A DNA stretch of 38,150 nucleotides from Hyphochytrium catenoides (Eukaryota > Protista > Hyphochytriomycota). Position 1 is the stretch's first letter; every line of letters begins with the position of its first letter. Positions 22,161 through 33,288 of this stretch are shown piece after piece. The stretch is from contig FLMG01004013.1 of NCBI GenBank assembly GCA_900088475.1, forward strand, positions 1-38,150, in the 5' to 3' direction. The notes under the pieces were generated by a model. That model searched no databases, was not told where the DNA came from, and worked only from the letters and a program-made list of their open reading frames with translations. The translations under genes and the position numbers were made by a program.

Positions 22161-24820
22161 ATGATGGCTCCGAACTCTGCTTGGAAGTTACTGGCTGTTG
22201 CAGGCCTGTGCCTCAGTTCTGGCCTGTCAGGGGTTGCCGCCGATGGGGAGTTCAGAAATACCCAGGTTACTCGGACCATCAATCTGCAGCAGCCCATCGT
22301 TCGCATTAGAACAGAGATTACGGCCGTTGCAGACAGCAATAGCCCCGTGCAGAAGTACAAGTTCCTCATCCCAACCTCCAAGGTGAAACTGAGCTGTTCC
22401 CCGGCCATGCCACAACTGATACTGAACTCCATCATCCCAGGAAAAGAACTTTGCTTTCGCCTCCGCCAGATGTGGCCTAGAGTCTTGCCCTATGCATAGA
22501 GACGCCAAGTAAGACAAGCCCCAGTGGCCGAAAGAGGCACTTTAGGACCATGAACTCATGCTGTGATGTATTCTGTATAGGGCCATAAAACAGGGCTACC
22601 TTTCCTTCACGGTTGACCTCCCCAAGGCCCTAAAGAAGGGTGAGGAGACCAAGATCACCGTCCGCACGGTCTTCGGACATCAGCTGGAACCGTTTCCCAA
22701 GGAAGTAGGACAGGTCCGTTGAACTAGCTGAGCTTGCTGTCGTATTCCTTCCTTTTCCTAACGCTCCTGACCACCCTCTCACGTGTACTCCCCAGGGTGA
22801 TCCCCAGCTGGTCCTTTACCACGATCAGTTACGCATTGCTTCTCCCTACCCAACTGCCAGCGAGGTAAGCACCATACGCTAGTGCTCAGAACGAACTAAG
22901 CGCCTTATTACGGCTAGGCCCCACAATTCTGGCTTTCTTTGCAATGACCCACTGAGAACCTTTAATCACATGTCAAACCGCTCCTCTTAATGCCTTTATC
23001 GTCCATCTCGTTCTGACTTTTTGTCCCCAGAACGTGAAAGTGAAGTTTCCACCTGGCAAGGTTGAGTCCTACACGCCTTCGGATAAAGCTCTGATGAAGG
23101 TGAGGAGTTTTGAGAGGTTGGTGGGATGTTATATCTATTGTGCTAAGCCTCATTCATGCAGGGAGCCAACCTCGCCTACGGACCTTTCACGGACACCCCC
23201 GCCTTTGCCGCTCCAGAAGAGCTGGTGAGAGGGCTCGTTAGCTTTGAACGAATAGGCACCGTCCACTTAGCTATTCTCTCACGCTTCCCACTCTTTTCTG
23301 CCCGTTTAATGCTGCTCTGCCCCGGACCGGTGATAGCGCATTCACTTTACGCAGAACCGGCCTTTTATCACTATCACGCACTCGGTCAGAGAGATTGAAG
23401 TTTCACACTGGGGGAATGTGGCTTTTGAAGAAGAGTACGACTTAGTGCATTCTGGAGCCAAGCTGAAGGGAGGATTCTCTCGCATTGACTATACGGTGCG
23501 AAGGATAAACACAAAGACCTTACAACTCCTTGATAGAGCGCCATCTCACCCTAAAACCCACTCGGGTCTCTCTGTCCCTAATCCTTGCCACCTGACTTAA
23601 TACCTGTAGATGAAGGGCCAGGTGGGTGCCTCCTATGACACGCTGACTGCGAGGCTCCCGGCAGATTCTAGGGACGTTTATTATAGAGACAGGATTGGTA
23701 AGCATTAACCCATCAAACTCTTAGTCCTCCTCTTGGGCACGCTTTATCTTTTATTATGCTGGTCATTCCCTTTCTCTGTGAGTTCACTGTGAGATAGCTA
23801 ATGGGTCTTTGCTAGGGAACATCACCACTTCCTCTCTGCGGTACTCTCTAGACAGCGCCACCTTAGAGCTGAAACCACGATTTCCCATCTTTGGCGGTTG
23901 GAAGACCTCATGGTTAGCCTTCCTGAAACACTCAATCGTTTTATCGGCGATGTCTGCCTACTATGCCCCCTTGCTCTTTTAGTCCTTCGATGCGGCTTAT
24001 GAGTTCTCTCTACTCTTTCTTTCTCTCTTTCTCTCTCCCGTTCTGAACTGGTCGTCTCTCTCTCTCTCTCTCTCTGCTTATCCTACTACCTTTCACTAGG
24101 TACATGGGCTATAACACACCGGCCAAGAGTATGCTTGAGTCCTCTGGCAACCAATACAGGCTCAAGGTGAGACACGGCTGTGGCTTCTGAGGAATACCAT
24201 TATGTTTTGTCTAATCCCCTCTTCCGTGCCAGGTCTCTTTCCTTCCGACCCTAGAGAATGCATTTCTAGAAGAGCTGGTGGTCAAGGTTATCCTTCCCGA
24301 GGGTGCAAAGCATGTGAAGGTCAACCTTCCGGTCGAAGGTGTAGAGCAGGTTCCGTCCACTCCGTCCCCAACATCACATTTTGCCCAGAACGTCACTGTG
24401 ACTTACGTGTTATCTCTGTTGGCGTTCCTTTTACGCTCTTCGTTGTCTAGGGAATGACCAAGCGTTTCACTTACCTCGACTCCGTTCTCTTGGGCCGACC
24501 AGTGGTTGTGCTCCAGGCTAAGAACCTCGTCAAGGAGCACGGGGCTACTCTTGAGGTGAGCCGTTGCCCGAACCTTATTAATTCTCGATCATAGCCCCTT
24601 CCTCATTTCATGAAATTGCCCACATTGTCCTTTATTAGCGTCCTCTTCCCTGCCTCATGAGACCATCCTTGTTTTCTAGGTCACGTACGAGTTTGACAAG
24701 ATCTACATGCTTCACGAGCCTGCCCTCGCTATCTCAGCTTTCTTCCTCCTCTTCCTGGTGGGGATGATAGCGGCGCGGCTTGACCTCACCATCGCACCCA
24801 GGAGCAAAAAGACCGTCTAG
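22161..24820 (+). CDS. RPN1: Oligosaccharyltransferase subunit ribophorin I (OST1), 13 exons
   Basis: Signal peptide [18 protein letters not shown]..; hallmark motifs [75 protein letters not shown] + TM helix; ends KKTV-TAG. All introns GT-AG. Confidence 0.95.
24056..24075. repeat. (CT)n in an RPN1 intron, upstream of the 3' splice site
   Basis: Read directly. Confidence 0.85.
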
Positions 24821-25690
24821 TTTGTGGGGTGGAGAGTGTGATAGAAGTAGCTAGGGAACAAATGACATAAAATAGGATGATGTCTGCGTCAAGACCTGTT
24901 CTCATCTCTCGTGCCTTGGTCTATAAGTCAGCCCTGATAGAGCGATATCCCTTACTTTGCAGAGGCATCAGAAAGCATTATATGTCTTCCCGCATGTCGT
25001 CGCGCGGATTCGGCACCTCTTTTTCTCTCTTTGTCGTTCTCTATCTCTCTTGCCTTTAGCTTGGGATTGTAATCTCACCTCGGGTGTCTTCCGTCTCCTA
25101 TGCCTCTTTCCACTGATCTCTTCTTTCCCCTGATCTCTTCTTTCCCTTGACGGGCACGCAACAACACTATGACATCGGTTGTGGTGCGTTTTCCAATACA
25201 TTAATATGCCGTACAACCTCCTAGATACAAGGAGCCTTTCTTAACCCTTGCAAGCTAGAGAAGAAGTGCCGGCGCTGCCGTTTATGACGTTCTTCGTCAT
25301 TCCTCCTCTTGTCACCGGGCCCTAGAAGGGAGAACAGGAGAGGCGTATGACCTACAACCTTGGTGTTGTCCCCAAGAGCGTCTGCCTCTGCCACCGAATA
25401 GCATATATCCGCTGTGTGACGTACAGAGCTCATCTCCTCTCTGCTCCCTTATAAAGGTCTCAGTGCTCACTCTATTTCCAGCTATCACGTCCTCCGCTGA
25501 CCTCTCGATCCTCTCTCTTGCTTGCGTTGATAACTGATCCTATCGTCTACTCTACATACTACGCTGTAGCTAAAAATAACTAAACGGAACTAATAACCCA
25601 CTACCTAGCCTCTCTCTTCCTGCTTCTCCTCCCCTGTCGTTTCCTCCATGCTGAGAAGCACTTCCTGGCTTGAAGCTCCCACTTAGGCGC

Positions 25691-26332
25691 TCAGAGTTGG
25701 TACCATTCCCGGAGATAAGCCTGTAACTCAGGAGGGTATCCCTCGATGTATTTGGGCCACTGGTCGCCAAGGCTCCGCTGTCAACAACGAACAGAGAGAA
25801 AAAGAGAGGCAGACGGAAGAGCGCGTGAGTCTAATATGATCCATTGGCAGTTGTGAGGGTGAGGTGAAGCGCCAAGGCAGTTGAGTAGTAGCCCCGAGGA
25901 TCACAGCTCTGTCTTGCCGGTAATAATGTCTCCCTATCTTTCCTTCTTCCTTTGGATCTCTCTCAGATATCCACCTCCTGCTCCATGGGAACTGCAGCAG
26001 GTCTATGTTGTCTCTACCTTGAACTCATGCAAAATGCTATGGAACATCATGCTCAACTCTTGGCTTGGTTTTGAGTTCCAGGATGCTATGGCCCCTACGA
26101 CGTAAATGAATTCCTTCACTGCTGCTTGAGGGTTGGCCTGAATGACGTAGCAGAGACCTTTGAACGCATGCTCCCGATCTGACGGGTCATTAATCCGTCG
26201 GAGAGCCGCTGACCATGGTCGGAGGAACTCCTGTTGATGAAAAAGAAGAGGAGCGGCAACGGGCTATTCAGAAGAGTAGTCCCAAATAACCGGAAACTCA
26301 TATGCACACGACTTTCTCTTTCTTTCTTTCTT

Positions 26333-26390
<58 letters not shown>

Positions 26391-29300
26391 GCTCTCTATT
26401 CCGTGTCCCTTTCTATCGCTCCCAAGTGTTCCTCTCATTCTCCTTACTCTTCGTCCCTTTCCCATTGTCAATCTTTCTACGTGAACCAATTCACCAATCT
26501 CTTTCTAGAGTGTTGACTCTCACCGGCAGAAGGGGCCCCACGATATCTGGACAGACTGCACCCAGCCTGCCGATAGTAATGGCAACATTATCAAGCAAGC
26601 GAGGCGCCAAATTCTGTCTGTTCATGATAGGCACCAAGTACCGCATCGTCTCATGGGCGTACGGCTTCATGTCGCTACCGACCTATAACCACGTAGGGGA
26701 GAAGAGGGTCAGGTCTAGCAACGTATGAAAAAGACAGTTCTTCCCTTAGAGCTATTGTCGCGTGCCCAAGAGAGGGAGAGAAGGAAGCGACCAAGTGCCA
26801 AACGCGTACTTTTGGCTAAAGGGAGCTTTGTGTCGCCCTCTCTGCGTCAGCTCCGTCTTTTCAGTATCCGCCAGTCCTCCTCCCTCATTCTCCTCCCCTC
26901 TCTCACCTTTATTGCCAGCTCTCCTACCGCCCAACTGGCGTTGTTGCAGACGGACGGATACTCTGGCTGCAGATTCTTCATCAGCACGGGCATCAGCTGA
27001 GGCATCACCGCCCGCACATGATGGGGGCAAGCCTTCGCCAAATCGCCAATTAGACCGAAAGCGGATTGTCGAACGTCTGTAACTAAAGAGCCAGACGAAT
27101 GTGAGCTGTGATGACCAATCAAGCAGGAAAGCACTAAAAGATCTGCAGAACAGGATGATAGGGAAAGAAAGCTCGAGGCATGTACCTGGAGAAATGAGAG
27201 GAAAAGGTAGAAAGGAGAGGAAGATTAGACAAAGTTTCTAACCTTGATGCTTTGTGCACTCTAGCACTAGTGGAAGGACGTTACTGTTCGTCACTAGTGG
27301 ATCAACACCTATGCAAACAAAGGAAATGTGAATGAGGTTGGCTGACTCTGACAGAGGACGGTAAAAGCAACAGGAGGATGTGTCCGTAAGAGGAAAAGAC
27401 AAGGCTGATAGGCAACCAAGGAGGCAGGACTCGTACCACTCTTCAATCCCTCTGTGATGCCACTTAAAAGGTCCAATGAGCAGATGGCAAACTCGCTGTC
27501 TGGCGCTTCAAATCCTTCTTGCTGTGCCGTCGAAGATAGGGATTTGGTCAGACAAGTGGTAATTAGATAGCAATCCAAGGGATAGCAGCCGACATAAGTA
27601 CCAGCCGCCGTGATGGAAGAACTAGATAAGGAACAAGATCGGGCTAAGCTACGTGCCAGGTAGAAATGCAGGGCAAAATGAGAAGAGAAACATAAAGGAC
27701 AAGGTAGAGAAGTTATCAATACACTATGACCCTGATCAATCTCTTGGCGGATGAAGCATCTCTTAGACGAGTATGCGTGATCAAAGTACCAAAAATTAAG
27801 AAGGAACAGAGTTAGCCAAGGTCTGTACCGTTTCGGCTGCTGCCTGTCCAATAAGTGTCCCTTCAATGATCCGCAGGCATCTCATCCAGACAGGATGGGC
27901 AAAGTCCTGAAACCCAGCTCCCAAAGATTGCGCGACGCTCGTCAGGCACTCCAAAAGTGCAAATAGCCGCCTAGATTAGGGCAATATGAGTACAATTGAG
28001 CTAGGTGCTGTGAAGATAGGCCGTGCGAAGGTACCTATCAGTATCGTTGAGTGAGTTCCATTTCTGGATAAGGGGAGGTATAAGGAGGCCGATAATCTCA
28101 GGGTTGTTGAGCTCCGAGCCGACCATGTCGGCCAGGGTACCAACAGCATCGTAGAGAATGATAAGATTTTTTGCCTGGTACTTATCAAACGCTGCGGTCA
28201 GAGTCTTCAGAATGGGGATCAAATATGGCACCTACGGGTCACGGTTAATCTTACGTCGTAAAGTCTTCAGGACAGAGTCAAAGAGTGGGAGACTAGCTTG
28301 TAAAAGGTCCTTACCAGCTCCGTAGCGGCCTCTTCCTCCAGCGTAGCGAAGGCTGAGCAAGCTGCTTCCTGCACTTTCTTGTTGTTGTCCAGAATCCTCA
28401 CTAGCATTGCCTCCATGAGTGGACGCAGAACTGTATCGTGCTCATCCTGCTCCACTGCCCACTTCGAATAGCGCGAAAGTGTCCAACAGGTTATGCTTCT
28501 GATCAGCGGCGCCTATTAAATAGAGCAATGATGAGCACATAGAAATTAGGAGAGCCGGCATGACTGATAGCCAAATGGGATAATGAAGCAATCGCCGAGC
28601 CAGTCATCATAGCGTTGACGTCTTGACTATAATCCATACCATACCTGATCGTTTAAGAGGTGAAGGAGGTAGGGAAAGAGCTGTGGCAGATGAGGCTCAA
28701 TGCCACTCATGCAGCCTTCTGCGACCGCACCTAAGGCGAGGATGCCACTCTCTCGCACTGACCAATGGCCCTGATGTGTTAGCCGTTCCTATAGTACATG
28801 CCATTAGCAAGAGGTTATGGACTTGAAGGACTACCAGAAGCGAAATGGGAGGACTCAGAAACGTAAGAGCTTCAACGCTGTCAAGCACAGAAATTATGAA
28901 GTTGAGCGAGCTTGAGACCGCGGAAAACTGCTATAATGAGATACAGAGGAGGCTGGATCCACTTCAGGGCAGAGGAGACTGAATTCACGTCAGCGAACAA
29001 TCTTTACCGACTCACCTGCAGCTGTGGCAAAAGGATACCTAGAATCTCATCGCCAAAGGTACCAGCAATCATGTCCAAGCCAGCTGCAGCACACTTACGA
29101 AGATTCCATTCAGATACCTCCTCTCCGTCATCCTCCTCTTCCTCACCCTCATCGTCTTCCGCTTCCTAATGTACGAAGGAAGGAGGTAAGTTTCCATATC
29201 ATACCCCTTTACAGGGTCTAGAGAGGCCATAAGGAGCCAACCACAGTTACCTCTGAATGGTGCTCTGCCCTTGTCCTATGGAATAGAGGCCGAATATCCT

Positions 29301-32026
29301 CCGGTCTGTCTGGTACAGCTTCGTTTTGCTCTGCTTCTTGAGCTTCGAACAACTCGATGTCGGAGGCGGAGTACACCTGGAAGACCAGGGGAGTGAGTCA
29401 CAAACTTCATGCGTCACCGGTCACTCAACAGCTGATGGTGACGAAGGAATTCTCAAAAAAGGTAAGGATGCAGACTTTCTGAAGTAGCTACATTGTAAAA
29501 GAAAGTTTGCGAGCACATCGTGGCGGAGAGCCTACGCTCACCATCCTATTGAGAAGCACCGGGATAAGCTGGCGTAGAAAATTCTTCAGAACTGCATGCA
29601 GTCTCTGGTCCACTTCACAAAAGGCAGACCAGAACTCGCAAGCTTCCAACGCCACTGCATGAGCAGGACAATTAGGCTCTGTGAGCTCTTCAATCACAGC
29701 AGTGGAGCTCTCTCTCTCTTGAACTCACGAGGATCCCCACCCAGTACGAAGCTGCATCCTTAGCTAACAATATTTCCAATGCTCTCTGTATGGCTATGTT
29801 TCTAGAATACCAATCTACTCACCGCCTTCGTCCTCGTCCTGTGTGGCTCTCAGCATGAATGTAGAAATGCTCTCAATGTGATCCACTATAAACTCGGGCG
29901 CGACGTCTAGCAAGGTCACGATTGCCTGGCATACGACCCGTCGAACCTGGGAAACGGCCAGGACAAGAGGACCGAAGTGGTAAGTCTAGAATAAGCAGTA
30001 CTAAACGCCTTCTAAGCAGCCATTGACTACCCTAGCCAATCGATTACCCTGACCAATCTGATCTAAGTTGCGGAGAGCATAGAATTAGACAAGGTGCAAG
30101 TTTAAGGGTGAAGATGCACCTTAGCGCTCGGGTCTTGTGCAAGTTGTGAAAGTCCTTGCAGGTAGTGGCTCATATTGGAGACTAGGACGCCTGGCTTTAA
30201 GAGTAAAAACTGGTTCGTGCAAGCTGGGCAGAGGAAATGTGTCAGAGTGTCGAAGGGGTCTGAGAGCACTTAGAGCTAGGATTGAATGGACAGCTAAACT
30301 GTCGAAAGCGAGCAGAAAGAGGATTGATGGGCACGCCCTGGCGGTATAAGTGGCGCGGCCCCTCCGTCCATCTTCTGTTTTGCAAACGCAAAGCAGAAGT
30401 AGCTGCACTACTTCGCTGCTTCCCCGCTCTTTCCAGCTCTACTCACCGACAGCATAGTATCGAAAGGTCTCGTTGGGGTGCTGGAAATATTGTATCCACT
30501 TCGGGATTAGCTGGTTGATGGGCCGCGAGACATCGTTGTTCAACTTCTCAGCGGCGTCCTCTGTCAGCTTAAAAAGTGCATTGAAGGATCCGTCTACTGC
30601 CGTCTGGTTTTGGGAGTCTAGCAGCTGAATGAGCGTAGGTACCAGCTCTGGCCACATTTCCGTCATGAAGAACGGGTTCGAATAGACAGAGGCCACCAGC
30701 TGTATGGACAGAGAAGGGATTCGCAAACAGAAGTGACTACGGATTACGATTTGAAAAATTAGGTGCCGATAAGGAGACAAAGGGAAGAGTTGACAGTGCC
30801 ATGGAGTCGAGCAGAGGTTATGTACGAGGGCCACAACGCTGAAAGCCCTATGTAAACCAGTCAAAACCTTGACAAGGGCAGAAGAGCTCTAGATCAACGA
30901 AAGGTAAGAGCGAGAAAAGGAACCACACCATCATACGTGGTGTGAGCATTATAGGGGCGAAGGAAAAAGAGAGGAGGGGCGAGTGGAAGAAACACTGCTG
31001 CCCGTACCGTTCCCACAGTCTTTCTGATCAGTGGCGAGGGATCGCCAATGGCACTGAGCGCTTCTCTTCCCACGTAGACCTGCACATCTCTGGGAAGGGC
31101 CATGTATCCGTCAGTAGCACCATTGTCGGCATGCCCCTTGAGATTATTCTTTAGAAGGATGCCTAGTCATGTTACACCAGCGGAGAGCGATGTGACTCAG
31201 TCTTCCGAAAAATCAAGCCACCAAGAGAGAAAAGGGTCAAATATCTTTACAGAGAAAAGAAAGACGAGTAGAGAGAGCGAGATGCGAGAGGGGGAAGAGA
31301 GAGAGACGAGAAGATGGGAAAGAAGGCACCTATAGATAAATCGTATGTCCGAGACAGAGAACCACTAATCACGAGTAGCCTGGCTACCTGCCAGCTGCTT
31401 GATGTTAACGTCCAGTTCTGTTGACGCGATCCTTGCTAAAATATGGACCAGATATTTGTTGAACTCTGGATCCTGATTAAAGCGCTGGATCACCTGATGG
31501 TATAAAGTTGAGTGAGCAAGGAGGTTGGGCGAAGCGAGAGTATGACGGACGAAGTTGTGAGGGCCTTGGTGAGGTTATGGACACGTAGAGACAGAGGAAG
31601 CAGACTGGCAGAGAGAAGGACCATAGATGACAGATGAGATGTGAACAGGCGAAGAGGCAATCGGGAACAGCAGAAGAGATGGGGAGGATAAAGCGACTAG
31701 CTAGCACAGAGGAGACGCAAAAGTCAAGGATCTTCTTTGTGGCCCCATACCCCCAGGGCTTGCTGATGATCATCCTTGTTCGTAGATGAGCAGGCTCCTA
31801 ACACCTATGAGCATGTCAGAATCAGCTTAACCGCTATGGACTGTTCGTATCTGAGGCTAAGGATAAAGAGCTTCGGTATGGAATATAGATACCAGAGACT
31901 ACTGGAGGGCAAAGGATCGATTGTCAGGAAGGTTAAAGAAAAGGATTATGAGCAGATTTCACTTAGAGTTAGGCAGACCTTCACAATCTCACGCAAGCTG
32001 TCGGGCTGCGGTGTCCAATCCGCCAT
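25691..32026 (-). CDS. TNPO1: Transportin-1 / importin beta-2 (karyopherin beta2), 20 exons
   Basis: [11 protein letters not shown] start; AGILLKNNL; [14 protein letters not shown]; VALEACEFW; acidic H8 loop [30 protein letters not shown]; [15 protein letters not shown]; [14 protein letters not shown]; [19 protein letters not shown]; [18 protein letters not shown]; [13 protein letters not shown]; [13 protein letters not shown]; [10 protein letters not shown]; ends [11 protein letters not shown]. Confidence 0.96.
26315..26386. repeat. (CTTT)n(CT)n microsatellite inside a transportin intron
   Basis: Read directly; lies in intron 26523-26231. Confidence 0.92.
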
Positions 32027-32471
32027 CTGTCCCAATGAGAGACTTGATAGGGACAACAATTCTTAGCTATTCTTCCACCTTTCTCTCTCTCTGTCCTGAC
32101 TCTCTGCGTTAGAGAAGGGAAGATCACGTGCTGCCAGGACGGAGCCAGTCCATCCACTACCTATCGTGCCTTGACAGCCTAATCAATAAGCTATTCAAAC
32201 ATAAAAAGAGAAACGCTGTGAGCCACTTGCGGCCGCATAAGACATGTTAGACTGATCAGAACCTACCGCCTAGCGTCAGCCTAGTCTATCCTCTCATCAA
32301 ACTTGCCCTGCGGCCACGATTCGTCGCAACTGCCTTCGGCTTCCAGCCGTCAAGCTCGCACAATGCCGATGAGCTCTATAATGGAGCGGAGGCTGAGCAG
32401 GAGGCGAGGACAAGGGATCACGCCAGCGTCGTAGGAACCAGATGGTTGAGATGGGAACACGGGCGCAGGGC

Positions 32472-32498
32472 GACCAGGACCAGGACCAGGACCAGGAC
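32472..32498. repeat. (GACCAG)4.5 tandem hexamer
   Basis: gaccaggaccaggaccaggaccaggac. Confidence 0.9.
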
Positions 32499-33288
32499 TT
32501 GGGGCGCTTATGGAGCCAATAACCAAGCAAACAGCCGTCTCTGCTTCTCAGTTGCTGGGGCAAGCAAACCTCTAAAACCCCAAAAATCTTGTGGTCCATT
32601 GACCAATCATAGTCTATAACACTGTACATGTCCAGGACGTCGGATCCAAAGGGCGTGTATAGTCTCAATAAACCATAAAGTTTCCTCCCAAGGTGTCCTG
32701 AATGTTTCAGCTTACCGTCCATAGCTGTTATTTACCAACCCCCATAAGCTTCCTGAAGTATTTGAAAGGTATTTATTGGCAAGCGGCTAGTCTTGGGTAA
32801 CATGGATCTATTGGCCGTTAGCGGACGGCAAGTGAGAATGCAGATCCAACCAAACCAACAAGCGCGAGCTGCGGCGTCCCATCAGCCCATCAACCTTGAT
32901 CCGTCCAAGACCAACGCATGCGGCTCCGCCTCCTGCCTGCCTCATGTCCAGCGCTCGGTCTGGGCTTCTTTCTATCCAGTAGAAGGGAGCGGACAAGAAC
33001 GATTGACATGCCAGGAGGACAGCAGTCATTTACTATGCACAATATAGCCCATGAGAGCTCCAATTATTCCGAGGAACCTTTCTCTGAGCCTTGACCGTCT
33101 GCTGGGAGCTGCCTGGTGTTGCTGGAGAGAAAAGGGGGTAGAGATGTAGGATGGGCGGACTCTCTCGCTGCAGCTTTAAGCTCTGGAGCTTGCCTGGTCG
33201 TTCGAGTCCAGCAATGAATGCCAGACGCCTTAGCTTGCCTCTATAGTAGGGGCGTTGCGGGTACCTTCCAGACTGCTTTCTGTCCAGC

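Noticed and set aside
25221-25433. 70-aa minus-strand ORF between RPN1 and transportin
   Set aside because: No recognisable homology or convincing splice structure; probably 3' UTR or intergenic.
32124-32153. Upstream ATG (MDWLRPGST*) as the transportin start or a uORF
   Set aside because: It stops after 9 codons and probably lies in a 5'-UTR intron. MADWTP at 32026 fits the family N-terminus and directly follows a CAG acceptor.
33190-33212. tRNA T-loop/B-box-like GTTCGAGTCC
   Set aside because: No proper T-stem, acceptor stem or D/anticodon arms.
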